NCBI GenBank assembly: GCA_026413805.1
Contig: JAOAKE010000001.1
Location: forward strand, 30,199 to 94,198
Direction: 5' to 3'
Source: Candidatus Micrarchaeota archaeon
Lineage (GTDB): Archaea > Micrarchaeota > Micrarchaeia > Anstonellales > Anstonellaceae
Length of the DNA stretch: 64,000 bases
Shown here piece after piece: positions 1-9,645 of this stretch. Every line of letters starts with the position of its first letter. Position 1 is the first letter of the stretch. A program made the translations under genes and the position numbers. Under the pieces are notes generated by a model. That model was not told the DNA's origin, did no database searches, and saw nothing but the letters and a program-made list of their open reading frames with translations.

Positions 1-140
1 ACGGATAGAAACAAGGTCTTTCATCCCCACACCACCTACATATCTTGCCCAATATTTATAAACCGATTTTGGAGGGCAGCCGCTGAAGCTGCAATGGGCG
101 GGTAGAAAAGTTTTAAATTCGCTTTCCCCCAAGCCCAAGC

Positions 141-746
141 ATGAGGCTTCCTGCTGGCTTGGCATTGGCGATGCTCTTGCTTTTTGGCTGCACTGGGTTT
201 TTGCAAAACGAGCCATTGCCAGAGGGAATGACTGCAGATGGAAAGGCGTACCGGGGTGCAGCGGCGCCAAAATTAGTAATCTACGAATACTCTGATTTCC
301 AGTGCCCTTTCTGTGCGCGGGTTCAGGGAACTGTTGAGGAAGTCCTGCGGGCTTACCCTGGCGAGGTCCAGCTCCAGTTCAGGCACTATCCTTTGGAGAA
401 CCTGCACCCAGAAGCATTCGGGGCTGCGGTTGCCGCAGTATGCGCAGAAAGGCAGGGGGCATTTTGGAAGATGCATGACAAGATGTATTCCAACCAGCAA
501 GCGCTATACAAGGAGAACTTGACAAGCTATGCCCATGAAATCGGGCTGGACATGAAAAAATTTGAGGAGTGCTTGGGGTCTGAAGAAGCTGCGCTTGAAG
601 TAAAAAAAGAGATGGAAGAGGGTGCAAAAAAGGGAGTCCGGGCGACCCCCACTTTTTTAATAGGTGAAAGCAAGCTGGAAGGGGCTTTGCCTTTTTCAAC
701 TTTTAAAAGCATGATAGATTCCGAGCTTGCAAAAAAGCGAGGTTGA
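141..746 (+). CDS. DsbA-like thiol:disulfide oxidoreductase (thioredoxin fold), probable lipoprotein
   Basis: CPFC active-site motif (YSDFQCPFCARVQ); N-terminal signal with lipobox-like LFGCTG; ATG at 141 confirmed in sequence. Confidence 0.75.
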   Translation: MRLPAGLALAMLLLFGCTGFLQNEPLPEGMTADGKAYRGAAAPKLVIYEYSDFQCPFCARVQGTVEEVLRAYPGEVQLQFRHYPLENLHPEAFGAAVAAVCAERQGAFWKMHDKMYSNQQALYKENLTSYAHEIGLDMKKFEECLGSEEAALEVKKEMEEGAKKGVRATPTFLIGESKLEGALPFSTFKSMIDSELAKKRG

Positions 747-750
747 AAAA

Positions 751-1176
751 ATGGGGATGCAACTGCTGTTTTTGGCCGCAATTTTTCTGGCAATGCTTGG
801 CTGCACCCAGCAAGAAATGAAAGGGCCTGCCACTCATCTGCAGCCCAACCAAGCTGAATATGAAGAAAAAAAGCCTGCCTCAGATGGAGGGGATTCTGCA
901 AAGCAGCCTGTGCTTTCAAACCAGGTGAAAAAAGAGAGCATAACCCCTGCCCAGCTTTCAGAGCACGGAAGCGCAGAGGATTGCTGGGTGGCATACAAAG
1001 GAAAGGTGTATGACGTGACTGCCTACCTTTCAAAGCACCCGGGAGGTGCAGGGACGATAGCTGCATTCTGCGGCACTGCTGGGGCTTTTGAGAATGCCTT
1101 CATTGCAAAGCACGGCACCTCAAAAGAGAGGATTCTTGAAACACAAGCAATCTTCATAGGTGAATACGCAGGCTAG
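751..1176 (+). CDS. cytochrome b5-like heme-binding domain protein, secreted/lipoprotein
   Basis: Motif HGSAEDCWVAYKGKVYDVTAYLSKHPGG typical of cyt b5/heme-binding domains; signal peptide MGMQLLFLAAIFLAMLGC; track start 727 is TTG, ATG at 751 follows DsbA stop with GAGG upstream. Confidence 0.65.
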   Translation: MGMQLLFLAAIFLAMLGCTQQEMKGPATHLQPNQAEYEEKKPASDGGDSAKQPVLSNQVKKESITPAQLSEHGSAEDCWVAYKGKVYDVTAYLSKHPGGAGTIAAFCGTAGAFENAFIAKHGTSKERILETQAIFIGEYAG

Positions 1177-4100
1177 CTATGTGCTGCCTGCTTTTGGAAT
1201 TGGCTTTTTTGGGGGCTTTTTTTCTTGCCTGGGCTTTCGGATGAAGTAGTAAGCTGCTGCTGCAATAAATAGGATTGAAATGACTCCAAGGATTATAGAT
1301 GTGTCTTGCCCGCTTCCCTTTTTGGAGAGAAAGGCGCTTGAGGCGCCAATTGCCCGCTCTGATGCCAAGATGGAGTCTGCAAGAAGGGAAAGTGAGAGGT
1401 ATTCCTCTGCGCGCTTGACTTCTGCCTCAATTTGGGAAACTTCCTTTTCCTCTCCAGGAGATGCCTTTCTTTTTACTTCTGCAAGGGCTGCCTTTGCAAC
1501 CGAAAGCGAGGAGTGGGCAGAAGAGTTGAGGTTTTCAAGGGACTTTCTGACAAGCTCGCTTACAGAGACGAGTTTTTGGTAAGAGCTGTTTGCCTGCCTC
1601 AGCCCTGCAATTGAAGGCTTTTGCTTTTTTGCAGCTGCAAGGCCCTTTTCTGCATCGTCAATCCTTTGCTGTGCCGCAGAAGGTGAAATTGGAAGCTGCC
1701 TCTTTCCTTGCGCTGAAAGCGAGGCATATTGGGCAGAATACTTCAAGAGCAGCTGGTCGGTTTCCTGGCCCAGCCTTGAAAATTCAGCATCTATCCTTTC
1801 AAGCTCTGCGGCTGCCTGTGCCTCTGCTTCTTTCCCTCCTTCAAAGAAAGAAGAAAGAATCTGCTCTGCTTGAGAGGATGCTGAGAGGGCGCCAAGGTAA
1901 TTGCCAGCTGCAAAAAGGGAGTTTGCCTCGGATATTTTCTGCGCTGCCTCTGAAAGAACGCCTGCCTCTGCCCCCTCTTTTCTTGCCTTGGCATAGGCGG
2001 CTGAGGAATCCGAGGCTGCCTTCCAGGAGAGTGACGAGAGGGCTTCGCGAAACTCTGACTGGGCGCGGCGAAGCTGGCTGGCTGCCTTGGAAAGGCTTCC
2101 CTCGCTTGCCGCTTGCTGTGCCTCAACAATTGAGCTGTTGAGCTTGAGGATGAGGGAGGAGAGCTTCAAGGCACGCTCTGAAGCCCCATAGGCAGAAATC
2201 TTAGATTGGGTGGAAGATGCCTCAAAAAGAAGATAACTGGCTGTGCGGTTTTCTTCTGCAAATGCCTCTTGCTCTGCCTGGAAGGAAAGATAATCTGCTG
2301 AATTTCTGTTGATTTTTGACAAGATAGAAAGTGCTTCGCTTAGGCGGTTTTGCCCAATCAGAAGCTTTGCCTGTGCAAGGAGGCTGGCGTCTTGTGGCTT
2401 CTTGTAAAGCGCAACTTGCAGCTCGGCATTGGCAAGAGATTCGGATACAGCTGACTGCAGGTCTTCAATGGTGTATGAAACAAGAAACTCGGCAGACTGG
2501 TGGCGGCGCATGGGCGAAAAGTAAAATGAGATGGTCGTCTTTGAGGCTCCCTTGTCCAGCCTTAAGCGCTCTGCCCTTGCCCCGCTTATAGATTGGACAG
2601 AGAGTTCGGAAACCGAGGAAAACGGCTCTTCTAAAACCACCTTGGCGTATTCACAGTCAGCACGAAAATCTGAAGCTACTAAGGTATATGATACCCTTCT
2701 TTTCCCAGGCCCTATTTCCAAGTAGGACCTTTCGCTTTCTGAAAGCTTGAATGGAGAGGGCACGACAAATGAGACTTCAACTGAATTTGCGCCCTGCCTG
2801 ACTGAATTTATTTCTCCTGCAAGCACGGTGCCCGTGCCTGCGCCCTCTTTTGGGCTTAATTTTGTTTCCCTTCCTGCGAACCGGGCAGTGCCGCCAGCAA
2901 CACCATCCGGCGCTTTTTCCTCTATAAGCAGCCTTTCAAGGTCTCGGGAAGCAAAAAACTTGATGTTGCGGGTGAGGTAGGCTGAAGAGGAGTATGCTTC
3001 TTTGCACCACTCTTCAACAGAATTTACCTGGGCAGGGGAGTCTGACTTGCTAAATGTAAATGAATAGCTCTGCTGTGCTTGGACTTCGGGAAGGACAATG
3101 GTGGTTTTTTCCATTTCAGGATAGGCATCCACTATGCGGTCGCCAAAAGAAAAGTCTGAAGAATGAATTGGAAGGTCGGTTTTTGCCTGGAATGAAACCT
3201 CTGCAGAATAAGAGAGGGTGGAGGGATTTTTAGTCAAGATAGTGGCAAGGTAGTCTGATTTTCCGCCAAGCACTGCTGGGCTGCGCAGTTGTGATACCCA
3301 GGCGTTCTTAGAAAGAATTGCAGAGAGGTATTTGGGCACGCTTTTTTGGGCAACCTCGCTGTAGTAGTCCAGCTGGCTGTCAATCTCCTTTAGCCTTCCT
3401 GCCGCTTTCTTTACAAAGAGGCTGCCGCCCAAAAAATAGCTTGAAAGAGAGTCAAATTCTGGCAAAAAGCCCGGGCTTTCGCTTCGTATATTTTCAACAA
3501 TAGCCTTTGTTTTTTGGTATTTGGCTGGCAGGCCAGAATAAGCCTGGGAGAGCCTCTCAAGAAGGGCTTCTTCATCGTCTTTCAAGGCAGCTATTATGGC
3601 ATCTGCCACCTCTGGAAGCTCTGTTGAAGAAAGAAGCTGCATATATTGGGACAGCTTCCATTCCTCATATGAAACATCAAGCCCGTCTGCTTTTGCATTT
3701 CGCACAAGGCCGCTGAATTCTGAAAGCTGCCTTTGGGCTTCGCTTTTGATTCCAATAAGCCCGCTTTGCTGAAGTGCAGCTGAGGCATGGCTGGCAAGCC
3801 TTGTAGCCTCAGCATAGGCGCTGAATTTTTCACCAAGTGATGGAAGATAGGCTGCCTTGGAGCGCATTTCAATGGCGCGCTGGAGCAGTGAGCTTGAAAG
3901 GTTCTTTGCCTTTGCTTCTTCCATGCTTGAAGGCGTATATGCGGAAATCTTTTGCTGCACCCTTTCTATTGAAGTGTCGGCAAGCTCTTTTTGAAAAGAA
4001 ACCGCTTCCTGCGCATTTTTCAAGACAAGCGCAACTGAGAGAAGGGAGTAGTTGGCTTTTTTCTCAGCAGACTGCGCCTTGGATATGGCGTCTGCAAGAT

Positions 4101-5265
4101 AGCCGGGGGCTGCAGTGTTTGCATATGACGCCTCAGCGCCCCTTAATATTGCCTGGGCCTCCACAAGGCCCTCCCTTGCAGCAAGAAAGCCAGAATATAT
4201 CCCAGATGAAACAGGGGAAACCTCAATTCCTCCTTCCAGATTCCCTGCCTGCGCCGGGCTGTCGGGTATGAGGTGGAGCTTCTCGTCGCTTAGCAGGCTT
4301 ATTTTGGTTTCAAGGGAGGAGAGGGCGGCCTGGGCGGACAGGCGCGCAGATTGATATTCTCCGTTCATCTCCTTTTGTGCCTGCGAAAGGCTGGAATAAA
4401 TCGCAGCAAGCTGCATTATTGAAGATGAGTTTTGCCTGCCTGCAATTTTTTCAAGGTAGGATGAAAATCCGTAGCCTTCAAATGAGGGTAGGTCGGGCCT
4501 TGAAGACGCCCTGCTTGCGATTTTCCTGCCTTGCTGGGCTTGGAGGCAGATGGGCGAGGTGGGCGAAAGCTGTGACTTTGCCTCAAAGAATCGCCGCTGC
4601 GCCTTGCCAGTGTAATGGGGCTCGCCAGCGCCTGCGTCGGAGAGCCATTTCATTTTTTCATCTACCTTGTCTGCAAGGGCAAGGAGAGCCTCATTTGCCC
4701 TATCAAATGTGTCAAATGAGTTGGAATATGCCGACCAGAGGCTTTCATGGTAGGATAAGATGTAATTTGCTACCTCATATATGTTGAGAATCTCTGATAA
4801 TGCAGATGCCATTATTTTTGGAGTTGGTTCAAGAAGAGGCGCAGTAATTACCAGATAAGCAGGGCCTTTTTCTTGCAGCTCTTTGATTGAATTTTTTGCC
4901 TTTACTGATGAGACATGGGCTTTTAGGGAGGCATTCTTTGCCATCAAGAGCGATTCAGAGGCTTCCTTTAGCCTCTCAGAAGAGGCTAAAAGCTCGCTTC
5001 TTGCTTCAGGCGCCAGCATCCAGTTAAAGTAGTCTTTGTCTGCAAGGGTGAGCTGGGTTATTCCAAGCGACTGGGAAGCGTTGTCAAACTCAAATGAGTA
5101 AAAAGTCAGCCCCCAGAATTTGGCTATGAACGGGTTGCCTTGGACGTAATTGGGCTCGTTCCAAAAGCGAACAAGTGGCTCTACTTGTACGCAACTGCTT
5201 GCATATGAGGAGAAGGCAGGCTGAAGAAAAAGTAAAAATAGAAAGAGCGCCTCCCCACGCCTCAT
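1177..5265 (-). CDS. giant (1362 aa) secreted alpha-helical/coiled-coil surface protein with N-terminal signal peptide and C-terminal TM anchor plus basic tail; S-layer/stalk (tetrabrachion-like) candidate
   Basis: Long uninterrupted ORF; N-term MRRGEALFLFLLFLQPAFSSYASS signal; Ala/Ser/Leu/Glu/Gln-rich heptad-like sequence throughout; many N-x-S/T sequons; C-terminal hydrophobic segment ILGVISILFIAAAAYYFI followed by RKPRQEKKPPKKPIPK. Confidence 0.6.
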   Translation of the reverse strand: MRRGEALFLFLLFLQPAFSSYASSCVQVEPLVRFWNEPNYVQGNPFIAKFWGLTFYSFEFDNASQSLGITQLTLADKDYFNWMLAPEARSELLASSERLKEASESLLMAKNASLKAHVSSVKAKNSIKELQEKGPAYLVITAPLLEPTPKIMASALSEILNIYEVANYILSYHESLWSAYSNSFDTFDRANEALLALADKVDEKMKWLSDAGAGEPHYTGKAQRRFFEAKSQLSPTSPICLQAQQGRKIASRASSRPDLPSFEGYGFSSYLEKIAGRQNSSSIMQLAAIYSSLSQAQKEMNGEYQSARLSAQAALSSLETKISLLSDEKLHLIPDSPAQAGNLEGGIEVSPVSSGIYSGFLAAREGLVEAQAILRGAEASYANTAAPGYLADAISKAQSAEKKANYSLLSVALVLKNAQEAVSFQKELADTSIERVQQKISAYTPSSMEEAKAKNLSSSLLQRAIEMRSKAAYLPSLGEKFSAYAEATRLASHASAALQQSGLIGIKSEAQRQLSEFSGLVRNAKADGLDVSYEEWKLSQYMQLLSSTELPEVADAIIAALKDDEEALLERLSQAYSGLPAKYQKTKAIVENIRSESPGFLPEFDSLSSYFLGGSLFVKKAAGRLKEIDSQLDYYSEVAQKSVPKYLSAILSKNAWVSQLRSPAVLGGKSDYLATILTKNPSTLSYSAEVSFQAKTDLPIHSSDFSFGDRIVDAYPEMEKTTIVLPEVQAQQSYSFTFSKSDSPAQVNSVEEWCKEAYSSSAYLTRNIKFFASRDLERLLIEEKAPDGVAGGTARFAGRETKLSPKEGAGTGTVLAGEINSVRQGANSVEVSFVVPSPFKLSESERSYLEIGPGKRRVSYTLVASDFRADCEYAKVVLEEPFSSVSELSVQSISGARAERLRLDKGASKTTISFYFSPMRRHQSAEFLVSYTIEDLQSAVSESLANAELQVALYKKPQDASLLAQAKLLIGQNRLSEALSILSKINRNSADYLSFQAEQEAFAEENRTASYLLFEASSTQSKISAYGASERALKLSSLILKLNSSIVEAQQAASEGSLSKAASQLRRAQSEFREALSSLSWKAASDSSAAYAKARKEGAEAGVLSEAAQKISEANSLFAAGNYLGALSASSQAEQILSSFFEGGKEAEAQAAAELERIDAEFSRLGQETDQLLLKYSAQYASLSAQGKRQLPISPSAAQQRIDDAEKGLAAAKKQKPSIAGLRQANSSYQKLVSVSELVRKSLENLNSSAHSSLSVAKAALAEVKRKASPGEEKEVSQIEAEVKRAEEYLSLSLLADSILASERAIGASSAFLSKKGSGQDTSIILGVISILFIAAAAYYFIRKPRQEKKPPKKPIPKAGST

Positions 5266-5296
5266 AAGATTTTTTCATTGAAAGGGTTTATTATTT

Positions 5297-5932
5297 CTAT
5301 CTTTGCAGGGGGGCGAGGATGCGAACCAGCACCTTTCCGTTGGTTTTTTGAGCAACCATTGCTGAGAATGACTCTGGGTCCGCCTTGGTGTCTTCCAGAT
5401 AGTTGTAATGGTATGGGATGGCGATTTTTGGCATTATGGCAGCTGCAGCATCAGAGGCCTGCGAGGCGTCCATGGTGTATTTCCCGCCGATGGGAAGGAT
5501 TGCAACGTCACATTTGTAGTCTTTCATCTCTGGGATGAAGTCGGTGTCGCCTGCAACATAGATGCTTGCGCCTTTAAAGCGGACTATGAAGCCTGCTCCC
5601 TCGCCTTTAGGATGGTATGGCTTGTTGAGGTTATAGGCATGCACTGCCTCTACTTCCACGCCCATTATTTTTTCTCGCTCGCCAATCTGGATAGAGCGAA
5701 CAGGAAGCTTCACCTTGTGCCCAACGATGACGGTTTTGGGTGTGGTGATTGCAGGTGCAGAAACTGCGTGGTCAAAATGCCCATGGGTATAAAGAATAAT
5801 GTCGGCCTCCTTGGAGCCCTTGGGCACTATGAATGGGTCAATGTAGACTGAAACTCCGTCTCCTTCAAGATGGACGCTTGCATGGCCAAGAAGGGTGATC
5901 TTGACTCCAGAAAAGATGGTGCTGTTTGCCAT
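5297..5932 (-). CDS. metallo-beta-lactamase-fold metal-dependent hydrolase (UPF0173-like)
   Basis: HGHFDHA motif and overall MBL-fold pattern (LGHASVHLEGDGVSVYIDPF...); ATG confirmed. Confidence 0.75.
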   Translation of the reverse strand: MANSTIFSGVKITLLGHASVHLEGDGVSVYIDPFIVPKGSKEADIILYTHGHFDHAVSAPAITTPKTVIVGHKVKLPVRSIQIGEREKIMGVEVEAVHAYNLNKPYHPKGEGAGFIVRFKGASIYVAGDTDFIPEMKDYKCDVAILPIGGKYTMDASQASDAAAAIMPKIAIPYHYNYLEDTKADPESFSAMVAQKTNGKVLVRILAPLQR

Positions 5933-6043
5933 TCCTATCCCTAAGGCGCTCTACGAAGCCATATTTTTTATTGATGATGGGTAAATATTCAACCCTCAAA
6001 AAGGCAGTATGGAAAGTTGATGGCTTGTGTTTGTGGTGGTGCG

Positions 6044-7270
6044 ATGGCAAGTGAGAAGAGCTATGATGTTATTGTTGTTGGCGGTGGGCCTGGCGGCACG
6101 AGCGCTGCCTCTTTTCTTGCAATGAAGGGAAGAAAGGTTCTGCTGCTTGAAAAGGAGAAGTTCCCGCGCGACAAGACCTGTGGGGATGCAATCTCTGGAA
6201 AGGCCGTGGGGGTCTTGGCTGAGCTTGGGCTAAAAGATGCGCTGGAAAGGGCAGAGCACGGCGATGTCTGTGGAGTTACCTTTTCTTCCCCAGATGGGAA
6301 AAGGGCGGAGATATTTTTCAGGAAAAAAGAGGGTGAGATTGAAAAGGGGTATGTCTGCCGGCGCTTGGTCTATGACAACCTCCTTTGGAATGCTGCAAAG
6401 AACATGGTGGATGCCCGGGATGGAGTTGAGGTAATGGGCCTTGTGCGGGAAAATGGCAAGGTTGCTGGGGTAAAGGCTCGGGCAAAGGGCGGCGAGGAAC
6501 TTGTTTTCAAGAGCAATTTGGTGATTGGGGCAGACGGCGTTTCCTCGGTCGTGGCAAGGGAAATCCGTGGAAGCGATGTTGATGCGGACCACACGTGCGT
6601 GGCCTACCGTGCCTACTACTCAGGAGTAAGCCAGATGAATGGTACAATAGAAATACACTTTGTAAAGTCAATAATGCCTGGCTACTTTTGGATTTTCCCA
6701 GCTGACGGAGGCCTTGCCAATGTGGGCTTGGGTATGCTCATGTCGGACATGAAGAAAAAAAATGTCAACTTGCAAAAAGCAATGCAAGAAATAATCACAC
6801 AAAATCCGCTTTTTAAAAGCCGATTTGCCTCAGCGCAGCCTGCCTCCCCTCTGAAAGGGTGGAGCATACCGCTTGGCTCAAAAAAGCGTGCACTGCATTC
6901 TGACAACGTCCTTCTTGTTGGCGATGCTGCTGGCTTGGTTGACCCTTTTTCTGGCGAAGGGATGGGCAATGCGATGCTTTCTGGGAAGATTGCTGCCAAC
7001 GTGGCTGACGAGGCTCTTTTGGCAGGGGATTTTTCATCGGCATTCCTCTCTAAGTATAGCGAGCTTCTCTGGAAGGAAATTGGGGAGGAGTTGTCGCTGA
7101 GCTACAAAATGCAGAGGCTGGCGAGGATTGAGTGGCTGCTGAACTTGGTGATTTCAAAGGCGGCTTCATCTGAAAGGGCAAGGGAAGCGATTGCTGGCAC
7201 CTTTGCAAATGAAAAGGCAAAAAAGGAGTATACCTCCCCGCTTTTTTATCTGCGCCTGCTTTTGTCTTGA
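6044..7270 (+). CDS. geranylgeranyl reductase family FAD-dependent oxidoreductase (digeranylgeranylglycerophospholipid reductase-like)
   Basis: N-terminal Rossmann motif YDVIVVGGGPGG, GDAAG-type motif LLVGDAAGLVDPFSGEGM; track start 6017 is TTG, in-frame ATG at 6044 gives canonical N-terminus. Confidence 0.8.
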   Translation: MASEKSYDVIVVGGGPGGTSAASFLAMKGRKVLLLEKEKFPRDKTCGDAISGKAVGVLAELGLKDALERAEHGDVCGVTFSSPDGKRAEIFFRKKEGEIEKGYVCRRLVYDNLLWNAAKNMVDARDGVEVMGLVRENGKVAGVKARAKGGEELVFKSNLVIGADGVSSVVAREIRGSDVDADHTCVAYRAYYSGVSQMNGTIEIHFVKSIMPGYFWIFPADGGLANVGLGMLMSDMKKKNVNLQKAMQEIITQNPLFKSRFASAQPASPLKGWSIPLGSKKRALHSDNVLLVGDAAGLVDPFSGEGMGNAMLSGKIAANVADEALLAGDFSSAFLSKYSELLWKEIGEELSLSYKMQRLARIEWLLNLVISKAASSERAREAIAGTFANEKAKKEYTSPLFYLRLLLS

Positions 7271-7283
7271 ATTGCGTGGTGAA

Positions 7284-8351
7284 ATGATAAGGATAGCTGG
7301 CGCTGGGCTTGCTGGTCTGTGTGCAGCTATAAACCTTGCACGCCAAGGCGAAAAGGTCGCTGTCTTTGAAAAGCAAAAAGAGGTGGGTGCGCGCTTTCCC
7401 CCCAACCTTCAGGGAATGAAATATGTAGACTCCTTGGAGAAATTCCTAATGCAGGTGGGAGTGGAATCCAAGGTAAAGCCAAGGACTTTTAGCAGGTTTT
7501 TCTTCTGCACAAGAAAAAGGGACCTTGAGCTTGGAAGCGGCAATTACAAAAAAATGTCATTTGTGGTTCGTGGCGGCAGGGATTCGCTAGAATATGCACT
7601 TTACCGCGAAGCTGAAAGGTTGGGGGTTTCCTTTGAGTTTTCCGCCTTGTCTGCCAAACAAGGCGCCAATATTGTTGCAACTGGGGCAAGCGAATGCCAT
7701 TTTGCAGCTGCGGGGATGATACTTGAAGACAGCGACTTTCCAAGAGACCATTTTCTTGTGATGTTTGATGACCGCTACTCGCCCAAGGGGTGGTATTGCT
7801 ATATTTTTCCAGTTGGCAAAGACGAGATTGAGTTTGTAAATTGCGCTTCCCAACCTTATGTCCCTATGCTTTCGCAGCTGACTAAGAAGGCAATTGCTGA
7901 GAGGAAGATTCTGCGCCAGTTCCTTGAAGGAAAGAGGGTTGTGCGTCAGTTCGGAGGCTCGGGGGCGGCAAGTTTCCCGCCCTTGATTTTTTCAGGCGGG
8001 AGATACTACGTTGGCGAAGCGGCTGGGTTTCAAGACCCGTTTATGGGGTTTGGGATGAAATACGCCCTTTTAAGCGGAAAGCTTGCTGCTGATGATATAC
8101 TAAAAAGGGGAAGCTACGAGAAAGGCTGGAAAGAATTGATACTTCCCGACATGCGAAAGGACATTGCAAGGCGCTTCCTCCTTTCAATTCTGGGGGACGC
8201 TGTTGTTGAGTTTTTCATGAGAAGATACCAAAGTGGCGATGAGGTTGACCTCTCGCATGCTGCCCCTGAGAATTTCCCATTTTACAGCGCAGTGGAGTGG
8301 GCCTTTTTCCAATTAGAGGTCGCCAAAAAAAGGTTGGGCGGCAACTGGTAA
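7284..8351 (+). CDS. FAD-dependent oxidoreductase, second geranylgeranyl-reductase-family paralog
   Basis: MIRIAGAGLAGLCAAINLARQGEKVAVFEK Rossmann motif; YVGEAAGFQDPFMGFGM motif; ATG 7284 confirmed just after upstream stop at 7270. Confidence 0.65.
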   Translation: MIRIAGAGLAGLCAAINLARQGEKVAVFEKQKEVGARFPPNLQGMKYVDSLEKFLMQVGVESKVKPRTFSRFFFCTRKRDLELGSGNYKKMSFVVRGGRDSLEYALYREAERLGVSFEFSALSAKQGANIVATGASECHFAAAGMILEDSDFPRDHFLVMFDDRYSPKGWYCYIFPVGKDEIEFVNCASQPYVPMLSQLTKKAIAERKILRQFLEGKRVVRQFGGSGAASFPPLIFSGGRYYVGEAAGFQDPFMGFGMKYALLSGKLAADDILKRGSYEKGWKELILPDMRKDIARRFLLSILGDAVVEFFMRRYQSGDEVDLSHAAPENFPFYSAVEWAFFQLEVAKKRLGGNW

Positions 8352-8362
8352 GGCGGAGCTGC

Positions 8363-9241
8363 CTACTCCTTTCCTTTCTTTTCCTTCTTTTTGCCCTTTT
8401 CTTCAATTTCAACTATCTCGCTCATTGAGACAGTGTCATCGTAATTTTTCAAATAAGGCTGGATTTCTGCTTCATACTGCTTTTTTTTCTCTTCGCGGAC
8501 TTTCCTTTTAAGTTCCTCTATGCGGCGCTTCTGGAGCTCCTCCCTCCTTCTTTTTCGCTCCTCATAGGCTGCCTTGCGCTCTGCCAACACTTCGGCGTAG
8601 GTTTTTTCGCACTTGGCGCGGAGGTCTGCCAGCTGGCCTTCAAGCTGGCGAACCTCTTTTAGAAGCTCGCGCAATTTTTTTCGCTCTTCTTCAATCTGCC
8701 GCCTGGCACTGTCAATGTCTTTGTGCCGTTCAATCTCTTGGCGTATTTGGCGAAGGCGCTTGAGCAGCTCTTTTTCTTTTTTAGGGGTGTAGGCAGATGT
8801 TGCAATTGAAAATTCTATTCTTTCTGCTTCTGCAGCCAGCCTTAAAGTGTGAGATGCACCAGCAGAACGGACAATAGGAAGAAGAGAGGCTATTTTCTTT
8901 CGCGCCTCTGCAACAAGCGGGTTTTTCTGCTTTAGAAGGTCAATTACCTGCTGCCTTGCAGCTATAAGCGAGTCCAGCTCAAGCTCCTTTGGGGTTTTTT
9001 CCCTTATTCTCTCCGTCTTTTTCTCGCCTTGCGCAGGGAGGGGCAGTGCGGGTGGAGAAGTTGGAATTAACTTTTGCTCTTGCGCTGGGCCTATGCTTCC
9101 AGGTGGCGCTTCCTGCCCAATATCGGCTATCTCCCGCAAGCCGGGTGGGAGGGCGCTTAGCTTGCTGCTTTGCTTTGCTTTTTTCTCTTCTTCCAAAAAA
9201 TTACCCTTTGTCGCTGTTTGTGTCTGTCTGTATGGAAACAT
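8363..9241 (-). CDS. hypothetical protein: Pro-rich N-terminal region, long highly charged (K/E/R) coiled coil, poly-Lys/Glu C-terminus
   Basis: ORF with strongly biased, heptad-like charged composition (RKKLRELLKEVRQLEGQLADLRAK...EKGKKKEKKGKE); no recognisable catalytic motif. Confidence 0.45.
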   Translation of the reverse strand: MFPYRQTQTATKGNFLEEEKKAKQSSKLSALPPGLREIADIGQEAPPGSIGPAQEQKLIPTSPPALPLPAQGEKKTERIREKTPKELELDSLIAARQQVIDLLKQKNPLVAEARKKIASLLPIVRSAGASHTLRLAAEAERIEFSIATSAYTPKKEKELLKRLRQIRQEIERHKDIDSARRQIEEERKKLRELLKEVRQLEGQLADLRAKCEKTYAEVLAERKAAYEERKRRREELQKRRIEELKRKVREEKKKQYEAEIQPYLKNYDDTVSMSEIVEIEEKGKKKEKKGKE

Positions 9242-9323
9242 TTAAATATATGGCAGGGGCAAACTCTTTTCAGAGGAAATGCCCGTCTTTTGTTTCTGTC
9301 TCTGACAGAAAACTGGTCGCCTT

Positions 9324-9343
9324 GCCCGCGCGTTTGCGCGGGC
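9324..9343 (-). terminator. perfect GC-rich hairpin (GCCCGCGC-GTTT-GCGCGGGC) followed on minus strand by T-rich tract; candidate terminator of gap/small-ORF unit
   Basis: Inverted repeat read directly from sequence; minus-strand downstream flank contains CAGTTTTC. Confidence 0.3.
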
Positions 9344-9408
9344 CTACTTCTCTAACAATCATGTGCTTGCAAGCAGGCGCCAACGCCCAATGTCTTTTGA
9401 GTTTGCCG

Positions 9409-9615
9409 CTAACTTTTATTATTCTTGCGAATTTTTTCAATTGTAGAGACCAGCATCCAATCTCGGACCTGGGCAAGAATCACAAGGACTATCACTGCCG
9501 CAAGCCTGACTGACTTGTCTTCGCTTTCTAATATAAAAAAGATGCAAGCTGCAATTGGAATGAGGATTAAGTATCTTAGCAGGAACTCCTTTTGCAGCTC
9601 AAATGCCCCTGCCAT
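9409..9615 (-). CDS. small (68 aa) two-helix membrane protein, hypothetical
   Basis: ATG confirmed; lies 30 nt downstream of gap on same strand; two hydrophobic segments; followed on minus strand by a perfect 8-bp GC hairpin. Confidence 0.3.
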   Translation of the reverse strand: MAGAFELQKEFLLRYLILIPIAACIFFILESEDKSVRLAAVIVLVILAQVRDWMLVSTIEKIRKNNKS

Positions 9616-9645
9616 TGAATTACCAAGAGCGAGGATGGGAGGGCA

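Noticed and set aside
527-1066. 179-aa minus-strand ORF overlapping dsbA-like and cyt b5-like genes
   Set aside because: Antisense to two well-supported motif-bearing genes; Ala/Ser/Pro/Leu-rich translation typical of GC-rich antisense frames
1590-2141. 183-aa plus-strand ORF (and other 60-140 aa ORFs at 1280..4787) inside the 1362-aa gene
   Set aside because: Embedded antisense in a long uninterrupted coding region; Arg/Pro/Leu-rich low-complexity translations
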